Shown: positions 45,301-56,927 of the stretch, piece by piece
Layout of the letters: each line of letters begins with the position of its first letter
How positions within the stretch are numbered: the stretch's first letter is position 1
NCBI GenBank assembly: GCA_965240325.2
Contig: OZ251222.1
Coordinates: forward strand, 4,278,001-4,342,000
DNA from: Rebecca billardiae RCC1528
Taxonomy: Eukaryota; Protista; Haptophyta
Direction: 5' to 3'
Length of the DNA stretch: 64,000 bases
Translations under genes and position numbers: made by a program
Notes under the pieces: generated by a model
What the model was told of the DNA's origin: nothing
The model's database searches: none
The model's input: the letters and a program-made list of their open reading frames with translations, nothing else

Positions 45301-45892
45301 CGAGCCGCGCGACGGCGGCGCGCAGCTCATCGCGCTCGGTTGCGGCGGCGCGCTGCGCGGCGGCCGCGTCGGCGCGCGCCGCGTCGAGCTGCGCCGCGAG
45401 CGCGTCGCGCTCGCGCGAGAGCCGGTCCGCGTCCGCCGCCGCCTTCTGCGCGCGCTCGCGCGCCGCCTGCGCCCGCCCCAGGTCGCGCGTGAGCGCGCTC
45501 GTTTTCTTCTCCTCCGCGTCGAGGGCCTTGCGCGCGGCGCTGAGCTTGGCGCGCGCGTCGCTCAGCTCGGCGGCCTCCTTGTCCGCGCGCGCGAGCTGGG
45601 CGCTCTGCGCGCGCGCGCGGCGGAGCTCCTCGTCCAGCGCGCGCCGCGCCTGATCCCGCTCCGCCTCCGCCGCGCGCGAGCCCTTTACCGCCTCGGCCGC
45701 GCGCGCGGTGGCCGCGGCCGCGCGCGCCCCCAGCTCCTCAGACTGCCGCAGCGCAAGGCCGAGCTGCTCGGCGAGCCGGCGGGCCTCGTGCTCCTCGGAG
45801 CGCGCGGCGGCGCCCGACGAGTGCGCGCGCTCCAGCGCGGGGCACTCGTCGCCCGCCTCGGAGGGCGCGCGGCTGCCCGGCGCGCTGCGGCA

Positions 45893-45943
<51 letters not shown>

Positions 45944-46435
45944 CGCTGCTGCCTCTGTGTCAAGTCGCTCGACGATGGCCGCGGCGGTGGCGCCGAGGCC
46001 GGCGGCGAGGGCGTGCAGCTCGCGCCGTGCAGCGCGCATGCACTCGCGCGCGGGGCTCGGCAGCCCCGCCTCCGCGCCGCCGGACGCCTCCGGCTCAGCG
46101 GCCGCCTGCGCCGCGGCGGCCGCGGTGCGCAGCTCTGCGAGCAGCGGCGCCAGCCGGGACCTGCAGCGCGGCTGCACGGTGAGACGGCGCGCGCCGTTCG
46201 GCGGCGCGCGCGACTTGGTCGAGGCGCTCGCGTCCGCGCCCGACGGCTCGTACGACCCCGGCCCCGGCGTCACGTCCGCGTGCTGCGCGGCGCCGAATCG
46301 GTCGGCGGTCGCACGCGGCACGGCCGCCGCGCGCGGCAGCACGATCTCGAGCGACGGGTTGTAACGGCCGGGCGAGGGCGCGCCCTCCTTGCCCGACGTG
46401 GAGAAGCGCGGGGCACGTGACTTACCCCAGTCCAT
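40790..46435 (-). CDS. HMMR/RHAMM-like giant coiled-coil protein (N-terminal PGPG/SPG-Y motifs, IQ motif, C-terminal HMMR_C/KIF15-type bZIP-like tail); GC-AG intron 41758-41944, second intron ~41375-41515
   Basis: MDWGKSRAPRFSTSGKEGAPSPGRYNPSLE and TPGPGSYEP; AACRVQAAARGHAHRR; LREENARLVGHANHRQKIQHHLKIKHENDELHK; KEN box near the C-terminus. Confidence 0.78.
43925..44993 (-). repeat. 192-bp (64-aa) near-identical coding tandem repeat, ~5.5 copies
   Basis: GTTGCGGCCGC marker at 43941, 44133, 44325, 44517, 44709, 44901. Unit: AEREAAQRARADAAEAAAARAAEAAAAAAATAADELASATAQREALELDAAAKLEAAAAQHAAT. Confidence 0.95.
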
Positions 46436-46559
46436 CGTCCGGCGCTCCGCTGGCTCAGTGGCTCTGCTGCTCCTCGCGCGATGCGCGCGTGCTCGTCCGC
46501 TCAAACGACCGCGGTCGAGAGTGTCAGCGTTTGCGGCAAGTTCCTCCGCGGAGCGGCCG

Positions 46560-46571
46560 TTTCGCGCGAAA
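46560..46571. promoter_or_regulatory. Palindromic E2F-like site TTTCGCGCGAAA in the HMMR-like/PPR divergent promoter
   Basis: Two overlapping TTTCGCGC matches, ~125 bp upstream of the HMMR-like ATG. Confidence 0.35.
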
Positions 46572-46828
46572 GTGACTGCTATCAAGAGTCGTTTCACGAA
46601 GAATACAGCAGTAACGGCCACAGCGCGGGAACCAACCGAGCCGGAGGGGGCCGCCGCAGGCACCGAGGACCGGCCTGGCGGGGGGGGGCAGGGTCGTCCG
46701 CCCAAGCAGCCCAAGATCTCCCTTCGGCTTGGTCCGCCGAGCTTTTCGAAGGGCGTGCGCGGCGGCAGCTTCTCGACTCGACGGCGCGGAGTCTGAAGTC
46801 ATCGCTCGTCATCGCGGGCGGGACCACC

Positions 46829-47777
46829 ATGCGCCGGGACGCGCGCGCACGCCCGCGCGCGCTGCGGCGCGCGCTCGCCGCGCTGGCGCTGGCCGCGGCG
46901 GCCGCGGCGGCCGGCGGCGGCGCCACCGCCCGGCTGCCCGCCGCGCCGCGCGTCTCGCGCGCGCCGCTGCGCGCGCCGCGCGCGCGCGTCGGTCTGGCGG
47001 TGCTGCCGCCGCCCGCGCCCCTCGGCTCGCCGGGCGAGTACCAGCGGCGCATCGAGGCGACGATGCGGCGCGGCGAGTGGCGCGTGGGCATGGACCTGTA
47101 CGACCAGTGCCAGACCGTCTTCGGCGCGTGCATGTCCACCGTCGCGCACGCGTCGATCGTCGCGACCGCGGTGAGCGGGCTGGCACGCGCGGGCCGCGTG
47201 GGCGACGCGACGTCGCTGCTGCTCGAGCGGCTGGACGGCGGCGGGAGCGGTCCGCGCGGCGCGGGCGCGCTCGCAGCCGCCGCCCCCGCCGCCGCCGCGC
47301 CGCCGCCGCCCGCCCCGCCGCCCGGCGCGGGCGCGCCGCTCGCGCGCGCCCTGGACATGCGGCGCACGAACGCGCTGCTGGACGCGTGCGCGAGCTCGCC
47401 GCGGCACGTGCGCGCCGCGCAGGCGATCGTGCAGCGGCTGCGCGCGGCGAACGCGACGCTGGGCGCGAAGACGTACTGCATCCTCATCAAGGGCCTCGGC
47501 CGCGCGCGCGACGCCTCCGCCGTCTCGCGCACCCTCGCCGCGATGGCGGAGTGCGGCGTCCCCGCGGACGTGGTGACCTGCAACGCCGCCCTCGATGCGT
47601 ACGCGCGCGCGGCCGAGCCGCAGCTGGCGCGCGCGCTGCTCGCGTCGATGGAGGCGCGCGCGGACGGGCTGCCCCGGCCGAACACGCGCTCGTACAACAC
47701 CGTGCTCAAGGCGTACGCGCGCGCGCGCAGGCTGGACGACGCGCGCGCGCTCGGCGCAGCCATGCTCGCGGGCGCGC

Positions 47778-47814
<37 letters not shown>

Positions 47815-49480
47815 GGCGGCGGCGCCCGCGGCGCTGCCATCGGCCGGCGAGTTGGGCGCGGCGGCGGCGGCGGCGGCGGAGGGCGGCGGCGGCGGCGGCG
47901 TCGGGCCTGAGCCCGCGTTCGACGAGGTCTCGCTCAACACGCTCGTCGACGCGCACGCGCGCGCCGGCGCCCTCGACGGCGCGCTCGCGCTGCTGCGCGC
48001 GCGCACGCTGGGCGCAGTGGCGGCCGAGCTGCGCGCGCCCGCGCCGGCCTCGCGCGCGCGCGCGAGGCGCGCGCCGCCGCTGCCCGCGCGCGCGGCGGCG
48101 CTCGAGCCCGCCGCCGCCGGTGCCGCCGGCGCGGCGGCGGCGCGCCCCCTCGCCGCCGCGCCGCCGCCCGACCCCGCCGCCGCCCTCGCCGCCGCCGCCG
48201 CCGCGCGCCCCGTGGCCGCGGGCGGGCACGCCTACACCTCGTTGATCGACGCACTCGCGCGCCGCGGCCGGCTGGCGGCCGCGCTGCTTCTCTTCGAGGG
48301 GATGCGCGAGGAGGGGCTGAGGCCGGGGGTGGTGACGTGGAACTGCGTGATCGGCGCGTGCGCGCGCGCGGGCCACGCGCAGCGCGCCCTCGCCCTCCGC
48401 GACGCGATGCGCGCCGAGGGCGGCGCCGTCGCACCCGACGCGCACACGTACAATGCACTCATCGCCGGGCTGTGCAGAGCGGCGGACGCGCGGCCGAGCG
48501 CGCTCGACGGCGTGAGCGGCCTGCTGCAGGAGATGAGCGAGGCGGGCGTGCGCCGCACCGCGCGGACGTACAACGCGGTGCTCGGCGCGCTCGCGCGCCG
48601 CGGCGACACCGCGGGCGCCGAGGCCGTTGCCGCGCGCATGCTGTCGGACGGACTCGAGCACACCGCGCACTCCCTGACCGCCCTCATGCACGCGCGCGCC
48701 GCCTCGGCCGACCTGGGCGGCGTGCGCGCGGCGTGGGACGAGCTGCGCGGCTCCGGGCTGCGCGTCGACCGCGTGGCCGTGCACGCCTTCATGCGCGCGT
48801 GCCTCGAGTGCGACCGCCGCGCGCGCCCCGCGCACGCGCCCCCCTCGCGCGCCGACGCGCCCGCCGCCGCCGCCGCTGACGCTCTCGGCCCGGGCGCGCG
48901 CGCCGCGCTCGCGCTGTGGGAAGGCGAGATGGTGGGCGGGCGCGCGCTCGCGCTCCGGCCGGACGCGACGACGTGCACGGTGCTGGTGCACGGGCTGTCG
49001 ACGGCGAGCGGCACGCGCGCGGGCGCCGAGGCGGCGTGGCGCGTGTACGAGGCCGCGCGCGCGCTCGGCGTCCAACCTGACGAGCCGTGCGCGCGCGCCG
49101 TGATGCTTGCGTGCAAGCGCGCGCTCGGCGTCGAGCGCGCGGCGGCGCTGCTCGCAGACCTGCGCCGGCTCGGCTGGAGCGCGCCCGCGCTGCGCCCGCT
49201 CGAGCTCGAGCTGCGCGCCATGGAGCGCACCGAGAGCTTCACGCTCTCCGAGCGCTGGAAGGGCGCGGGGCCAGCGCACACGGGCGCAGAGCGCGCCGAG
49301 CGCGCGCGGCTGCGCGGCCGCGGCGGCACGGGCGCGCGCCGGCTCGACAGCAGGCGCGGCGGCGGCGCGCGCCGACCGCGCGCGCCCGACGGCGCCGCGC
49401 CGGCCGACGGCGCCGAGCGCGACGAGCTCTTCGAGCGGCGCGGCTGGAACGAGTTCGACTCGGGCTTCCGCGTGCTATGA
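46829..49480 (+). CDS. Pentatricopeptide repeat (PPR) protein, probably organelle (plastid)-targeted
   Basis: Repeated PPR motifs: TYCILIKGLGR, DVVTCNAALDAYAR, PNTRSYNTVLKAYAR, AYTSLIDALAR, PGVVTWNCVIGACAR, PDAHTYNALIAGLCR, TYNAVLGALAR. Hydrophobic/Arg-rich N-terminus. Confidence 0.9.
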
Positions 49481-50358
49481 CGCGCGCGCCTCGCTCGCCC
49501 TTCGGCCCGTACGCAGTCTTTGTCACTGTACAGTGATAACTGATTATGATATGGCAGTCTCCGGCCCCGGTTGACCCCTGCCTGGGCTGCCAGTCCGGTC
49601 ATAGAAGCCGGGCGTACCGCGCGCATCAAAAATGACGATCGATATGCGTCTTCGTCGCGCGCAGTTCCTGCGCGCGACGAGCGCCTGCGCCCGCCCTGCT
49701 ACCCCGGGCGCCCGGTCGGCGCCGCGCTAGCTGCCGTCTGCCGGCGGGCTCCGGCCTGGCGGACACAGGCGGTAAGCGCCAGTAACGGACAGCACGGCGC
49801 GGTCACGACTCCCGCCCGGCCTCACGCCGTCTGCGCGCCGGGGAGACTTAGCAGCAGGGTGAGTCAGGGGAGACGGGAGCAGTGCTGTGTCGGTCAGCCG
49901 ATGAGAGTGCCGGTGCTCCGCCGGGGCCGGGCGTCGCGGGCTCATCAGATGAGTGATGATGAGTGCATCAGAGCATGATGACAGATCGATTGACGCGCGC
50001 GCCTTGCTTGGTTGGCTCTGTGCGCCAACTGTGCCGTGTGCGCCGCAGCAGCAGTGTTGAGTGCGCCTGCTCCGCAGCCTGTGGCACTGTGCCCGCGCGG
50101 CTGTCTCACGCGACCGAGCGACGAGCCGAAAGGGCGAAGGCGCCACGATCACGTGGACCCTCCGATCAGCAGGAGACCCGGACCCTGAGTGCGCGCCTCG
50201 GCGCTCGCCTGGGCCGCGACTCGTGAGCGCACGCCGTGTCACTGGCAGTGCCGAGCGCTGCGCACGGGCAGACGCGGCCGCCAGTGTCACAGCTGCTCTG
50301 ACGAGCACGAGCATCGGTGCGGATGGCATCGACGGGGCCGGGCGCCCGCGCTCGGCGA

Positions 50359-51670
50359 TCACAACTTGCCTGCGCGCGCGCGGGGTGGCGCGCAGCGCAG
50401 CGGTGCGCGCGTGCGCACGCGGGACGCCCCGGCCGTGAGCGCGCCGTCAAACCCAACGCGACCGCCGCGCCGCGCCGCGCCGCGCCGCGCCGCGCCGCGC
50501 CCCGCGCGCACCCGTGTCGAGCACGTGCACAATGTTGAGCGGGTTGATGCCGTCCCAGCCGCCGAACACGACCACCTTGTTCGACACGAGCACGGTGCGA
50601 TGGCCGTACATCCCCGCGGGCGCCTCGCCCGGCACGCGCGTGCGGTGCCAGATGCCAGTCGTCATGTCGAGCGCGGCCAGCTCGTCGGACGGCACCAGCT
50701 CTCCCCTCCACCCGCCCACCACCAGCAGCTGGCCGGCGGCGGTGAGCTCGGCGGCGTGGTACGCGCAGCCGTCCGCCGTGACGCCGCGCTGCCGCAGGCG
50801 CTCCCACTTCATCGTGAGCGAGTCGAGCGACCACACGTCGTTCGAGTAGGACAGCGAGGTCTGCCCCGCGTCGTCTGCGCGAGAGCCGCGCGCGCGCCGC
50901 GGGGCGTCAGGCCACACGCGCGTGCGAGTCCGCGCGCGCGCGCGCTCGCGCGCTCGCACGTACCCTGGCGCACGTGCATCCCGCCAAAGATGTACAGCTG
51001 GCCGTCGACCACGTGGCACGTGTGGCACGCGAGCGGCGGCGGGCACCGCTCCGAGACGCGCGGCTGGCTCCACACGGTCGCGTCGACGTCGAGCACGTGC
51101 AGGTCATCGAGCGACACCTTGCCGTTGTGCCCGCCCCAGATGAGGAGCTTGCGCTCGACGAGCGCGGCGCTGTGCCAGTAGCGCGGCGAGGGTAGCCGGC
51201 CCTTCGCCTCGCGCATCTCCCACGTCATCTGCGTGAGGTCGAAGCACGGCAAGTCGTTGAAGATGAAGCGCGCGGTCGGCGTCTTCTGCCCGCGGCCGCC
51301 AAACACGATCAGGAACTCGTCCACGTGCGTGGTGGTGTGCCAGCTGCGCGGGGTCGGGCCCTTGCCCAGCGCGACGCGTGGCTTCGTCCACGTCAGCGTC
51401 TCTGCGCGCGCGCGCGCGAGGCGGCGGGCGGCCAGGTCACGCGCGGGATGCGCGTCGGCGCGCGAGCGACGAGCGGCCGGCTGCCGGCCGCTCGCTCCGC
51501 GCCGCACCTGTGTCCAGCACGTACGGATCGAGCGGGAAGTACTCGAACTTGTCGCCAGCGGTGTGCTGCTGCCCACCGCACACGATGATATTCCGCTCGA
51601 CGAGCGTCATCGTGTGCCCGCCGCGCGCCTTGGGCGGCGTGCCGTTCGTCTTCAGCAACGACCACGCCAT
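50359..51670 (-). CDS. Kelch-repeat beta-propeller protein (RABEPK/KLHDC-like); introns 51402-51507, 50875-50963, 50370-50511
   Basis: Six kelch blades (PKARGGH...VCGG; PTPRSWH...VFGG; PSPRYWH...IWGG; PLACH...IFGG; CAYH...VVGG; MYGH...VFGG). Splicing gives a continuous frame ending LDTGKL-stop. Confidence 0.9.
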
Positions 51671-52006
51671 GCTGCCCTCGAAACGGATGGCTGCACTGTT
51701 GTTACAAGTATGCGGATACAACACGATCGATCGGTACCCCTTAGGCCCTAGTTGCAAACTGTACCCGCTTATTACATATATTCCTTACTCACTTTGTAGC
51801 TTTCATTATATCAGTGGAGAGTCAGTTGGCGGTCTTCATTCTGAATCTGATGTAGTCTGCCGACCGTCACTCGCCGTCAGTCGTCACCGTGGTGACGCGG
51901 CGTCGGAGATCAGACTCCGCAAGAGTTTCAGACTCTGTTCGTCGGCATGAGCCGCAGTGATGCCATGGGGATCATGCTGCGGGCATGGCTTCATGCTGGT
52001 GTACTA

Positions 52007-53495
52007 CAGGTCGCTGCTTCGTTTTTCGGACTGCTTCGTTTTTCGGACCCGGGCGATGGCGACAGTGGCTCGCTCATCGGCGGGTGCGTGGCGGGCGCGC
52101 CGCGGCAGGGCTGAGCAGCCTGTCGGCGCGTGGGGTGACGTGCCCGTCACTATACGTTACCAGTCGGGTCGCGGTGCCTGCTGGCATCGTCCTCGGCCGC
52201 TCGCAGCTCAGGCGCTGCGCTGATCGGTACGCCCGCGCTAACGCTGTGTGCGCCGGCCGGGCCCAGCGCAAGCGCCTCGATGAAGGCGGCTAAGGGCGTC
52301 AAGCCGTACTCGGTTGAGGCGCGAAAGCGGAGACCTACAAGATATAGCGCGCGGTAGTTGCCCAGAAGGCGGCTGCCATGCGGTGGTGTTGGGGCGCGCG
52401 GCTGCGTGCTCGGCCGACGACAACGAGCCCTCTGGCACGCTCTCATCATCGAAGTTGAGTGTGTTCACAGCCACGCCGGCGGGGATGCGCTGGAAGACTG
52501 CTCCAGCCTTCCGCGCCAACGTTGAGCTTGCCAAGCAGTAGTCGGCACGCCAGGCCGCCAAGCTCGCGCGCCTTCGTGAGCAGCACGAGGCCGAACCTGA
52601 TGACGTGCGCTAGGCTGAGGCGGTGAGGTTCGACGCGGCTGAGCTCGCCGACCAGCTCGGTATCCTTCCTGTACACGCCGTAGAGGTCGCCGCGCCGAAG
52701 CCGGACAACATGCGGCTCAATGATGGCCAGAATGACTCGTGGTCGTTGCGGGGATTCAACCAGAAGAAGGCCGCGCGAACTGCGCAGAAGGAGGCGGAGG
52801 CGGCGCGTGCGCGTGCTGGCCGGCGGTCCGAAAGTTCACCAGGTCGACGTCGACGGCGAACGCCGGACGGTGCCCGCGGCGCAGGGTCTGGAGCTGACAT
52901 CGACAGTCGCCTGGTGAGCATGCTTACCTGCCCCTGGGGTTGGCTGCTACACGCACGTGATGTCTGGAATGTATGATGCCGTCAGCCCGACTCAAATGGC
53001 CTACCAGGCCGCAGCTGCTAGCAGACTCCGCGTGCATGCTGAGAGCATGCGGTCCGAAAGTGGTCGACGGTGCCCGCGGCGGCGCAGCCGCAGCTGCCGT
53101 CTGGGCGGCTAGCGCGGAAGCTGAGTGAGCATGTTCGTCCGTTCCTGAGGTGGTCTACTGCATGTATGTTATGTCTAGAATGCATGATGCCGTTAGCCCG
53201 ACTCACACGGCTCACCAGGCAGCGGCTCTGACTCGGCGCGCGCGCTGAGAGCCCGCGGGTCCGAAAGTTGAAGCATGCCGTCGGCGGCCCCGTCGTGGAC
53301 CTCGTGGCGTCCGTGGGGCACATGGTAGTGGAACAAAGTCGTCTAAATGGTACATAGCCGCTGGGTTGTACCTCAGGCACACCCTGGGGGTGCCGCCAGA
53401 CGCGATCTCGAGCGCCGCAGACCCCCGGGGGCGCCGCCGCCATCGTGCACAAAAAGTGAACAGCAATCGGGTCCGAAAGTTGAAGCAGCGACCTG
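52007..53495 (+). mobile_element. Non-autonomous Tc1/mariner-pogo superfamily DNA transposon (1,489 bp) with degenerate coding remnant
   Basis: TA TSD (52005-52006, 53496-53497). TIRs CAGGTCGCTGCTTCGTTTTTCGGAC and reverse complement CAGGTCGCTGCTTCAACTTTCGGAC. Internal GGTCCGAAAGT repeats. Stop-interrupted protein-like remnant ~52280-52820. Partial second copy at 23791-24172. Confidence 0.85.
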
Positions 53496-53655
53496 TACAC
53501 TGTCATGGCATGCATTGGTGCGCCGGGCGCCGGGGCCGGACGAAGACGGAAGAGCAGCGTGAGCGGTGCCGGCGCGAATGCGCGACAGGTGCGCGCCGTT
53601 TCGCGGTTTCGCCTGCGCAGCTCCGGAGTTAAAACTAGCTCGCCAGCACGGTCCA

Positions 53656-56600
53656 TCAGCAGCGCATGGGGCCTCCGCCCTGTGCGCGCGGCGGCCGTGC
53701 CTGTGGCGCCGCCGCTGCGGGCGCCGAGGCCGAGTCCGGTGCGGTCGCGGCCTCGGGCTCGGCGTGCGCGCCGGCAGGCGTGTGCCTCAGCGGCGGCAGA
53801 CTGTGCATCCGAGCGCGGTGTGGCGATGCTCCGAGGCTGCGCTCGGATGGTACTAGAAGGCTGTGCAGTCGAGCGCGGGGTGGCGAGTCGCCCAGGCTGC
53901 GCTCGGCTGCGCTCGCTGCCACGGACTCGGCCGAGGGCGGCGCGGGCACGCCCGCCGCCCCGCCGCCGGCCTCCGCCTCGCTCGGCTCGGCCGGAGGTGC
54001 GGGCTGCGAGCTCGCGCTCAGCATGCTCTGCACGGAGAGCGCGTCGGACGTGCACGGCGACAGCCGGCGCGAGGGCGGCGAGTCGCCGCCGGGCGCGCCG
54101 CCGTGCGGCTCTGACCCGTTGTGCTGCGTGCTGGCGAGCGAGAGCCTCGACGAGTCGAGCCGCTCGCCCAGGGCTTTGCTGCTGGCGGGGGTGCCCGCGC
54201 ACGCGGCAGTCGCGGCTTTGCGCGAGAGCGCTGCGTTATGTGCGCCCTTGGCATCGGCCTCGGCCTCGGCCTTGGCCTCGGCCTCGGCGGTCTGCGCGGC
54301 GTGTGCGGAGCTGGGCGTCGGCCGGATGTCGTCGCCGCCTCCCGCCAGCTCCGCCTGCTGCCGCAAGGCGTGGCCACCGCCGGGCGCACGCGCGGGCGCC
54401 TCCGCCGGCGGCGCCTCCGCCGCGCCCTCCGCGCCGCCGCCGCCCACCTGCCGCGGCAGCGCGTACCCGCTGAGCAGCTCCTTGATCCGGTTGATGCCGG
54501 GCGTGTCCTTGTTCACGCACTCGTCCAGCCCGGCGGCTTCGAACGCGTGCCGGTCCGCCGAGCCGACCGGGTCGCCCGTCATGCCGACGATGCGCCCGCT
54601 GAACCCGGCGGCGCGCAGCGCGCGCACCGCCTCGTCGCCGCGCATGCGCGGCATCTGGTTGTCCGTGATCACCAGCGCGTATCGCTGTGCGTGCGCTGCC
54701 TCGAAGGCCTGCAGCGCGTGCTGCCCGTCCTCCGCCTCGTCGTACGGCACGCCCAGCTTGCCGAACACGCGCAGCCGCATCGAGCGGCGCAGGATGGCGT
54801 CGTCCTGGGCCGCGGCGGGAGGGCGGGGCGCGCGCGAGGGGGCGGTGAGCGGCCGCGCTGGGCGCGCGAAGAGGCGCGCCGCGCCCGTCGCTCGCGCGCG
54901 AGCGCTCGCGCGGCGGGCTGCGGCGCCGCGCGGTGCCGGGTGCGGTGCGGTGGCGCCGCGCGCACCTCGACGTAGAGGAGGCGGAACGACGGCGGGAAGG
55001 TGAGCTGCGAGGCCTTGGCGGGCGAGGCCCTTGGCTGCGCGGGCGGCGTGCTCTCCGCGGACGCGGGCTGCGCCACGGCCAGCGCGGCCGCCGCCCCCGT
55101 CTTGGGCTGGCCGGCCGGCGCGTCCGCCGCGGGCGCGCCGGCCGGCCCGCTCGCGCCGGCCGTGCGCTGCAGCTCCTGCTCGTCGGCCGGGGGTGCGGCG
55201 GGGAGGAGCAGGCGCAGCGTGAAGGTCGCGCCCTTGCCCAGCCCGTCCGAGCTCAGCTCGAGCCCGCAGCCCGGCCCGTGCAGCTTGAGCAGCTGGCGCG
55301 TGATCATCAGCCCCAGCCCAGTCCCGCCGTTGCCCTGCAGCTGCCCCTGCCCCACCTGCGTGAACGCCTCGCCGTGCAGCAGCGTGCGCATCTCCGCGGC
55401 GGTGAGGCCCGGGCCCTGGTCGACGACGTCGACGCGCATCGCCCACGCCTGCTCGGCGCCGTCGGCGGCGCCTCGCCCGCGGACGCCCGCGGCGGCGGGC
55501 GCCGCGTCAGCCGCGGCGCTCTCCGCGGCCGCGGGCGCGGCCGCCGGCAGCGTGGCGGGCTCGACGGCGACGCCGATCGTGACGGCGGCGCCGGCCGGGG
55601 AGAACTTGAGCGCGTTGGACACGCCGTTGTTGAGGCACTGCTGCAGCCGGCGCATGTCGCCGTAGACGCGCGCGCTGCGCGCCGAGCCGCTCGGCACCGC
55701 CGCCTGCAGCCGCACGCCGCGCGCGCGCGCCTGCCCCGCGAACGTGTGCAGCGCGCCCGTGACGAGCGCGCACACGCCAAACCGCTCGGGCACGAGGCTG
55801 AGCCGGCCCGAGTCGATGCGCTCAAAGTCGAGCATGTCCGAGACGATGGTCTCCATCAGCGTGGCGCACGTCGCGAGCGATTCGACGCAGTCCGACACCG
55901 CGGGGTGCGCGAGCGTCGTGGAGGGCGCCATCTCCTTCAGCTCGGTCATCATGTTGGTGATCGTGAGCAGCGGGCTGCGCAGGTCGTGCATCACGATGCG
56001 GATCAGCCGGCCGCGCGCGGTCGTGGCGGACTCGGCGGCGGAGGTGCGCACGGCCATGGCCGTCCGCTCCTTCTCCTCGTGGCGCCACCGCCGCGTCGCC
56101 GCCACCACCTCGCGCCCGAAGAACCACTGCGAGCGCATCGCCACCACGCGGCGCAGCACCGCGTACGACAGGATGATGAACGCGGCCACAAACGCCGCGA
56201 GCTGGTCAAAGTCGAGCGGATTGCCGGGCGCGGGCAGGATGAACTCGGCGAAGAGCAGCTGGCTCACCGTCCACAGCAGGATGAGCGCGTACCACCCGAG
56301 GTTGAGCGGCAGCACCAGCCCGGCCGCCATCGTCGAGACGAGCGCGGCCATCACGGACGTGGCTGCGGGCTCGTTTGACGACGCGCCGCCGCCGATTGCG
56401 CCGAGGAAGTACTCCACGCGGTGGTTGGCGAGCATCACCACCGTCGTCACGAGCATGCACTGCCACGCCGTCGCGAGCGCCTGCCCGAGCGCAAGCGAGA
56501 CCGTCCGCTGGCTCTGCGCCGTGACGGCGAACAGCAGGAAGCACGAGTTCAGCAGCCCCGCGACCGCGCTGCGGATGATGATCGCGAGGAGCGCGCGCGA

Positions 56601-56927
56601 CGACTGCACGCCAAATGTGAGGACGAGCACGATCATGCCGAGCTCGAGGCACGCGAGCCGCGCGGCCTGGCGAAAAAAGCTCTCCCGGTGCGACGTGTGC
56701 CGGTACTCGCACTCGACCGCGCGGTCGAGAAACGTGCCGCCCCACGAGAAGAGCGGCGGCGTCACGTCGAGCTCGGGCTCGTCGTCCTCCGCGTCCGGCG
56801 GCGAAGCGGGGAGGGAGGCCGGCAGGGGGTCGACGGGCGAGCGCGTGTCGCGCTCGCCGCCGGACGACACCCGCGCTAGCGAGGCCGCCGGGCGATGTGT
56901 GGAGTGCACGCGCCTGGGCGATCCCAT
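53656..56927 (-). CDS. Membrane-bound hybrid histidine kinase (multi-TM sensor, HisKA, HATPase_c, receiver); intron 54805-54965
   Basis: About 6 hydrophobic helices; RIVMHDLRSPL (H box); GDMRRLQQCLNNGVSNALKFS (N box); DQGPGL; GGTGLGL; receiver LLYVE|DD...LVITDNQMPRMRG...IVGMTG...CVNK. Confidence 0.92.

Noticed and set aside
49940-50000. Possible C/D snoRNA (ATGATGA boxes)
   Set aside because: No clear D box with terminal stem or rRNA-complementary guide could be supported by eye.
52825-53480. GGTCCGAAAGT repeats with variable spacers as a CRISPR/retron-like array
   Set aside because: The motif is the core of the enclosing transposon's TIR, and the spacers (~200 bp) are partly homologous to each other.
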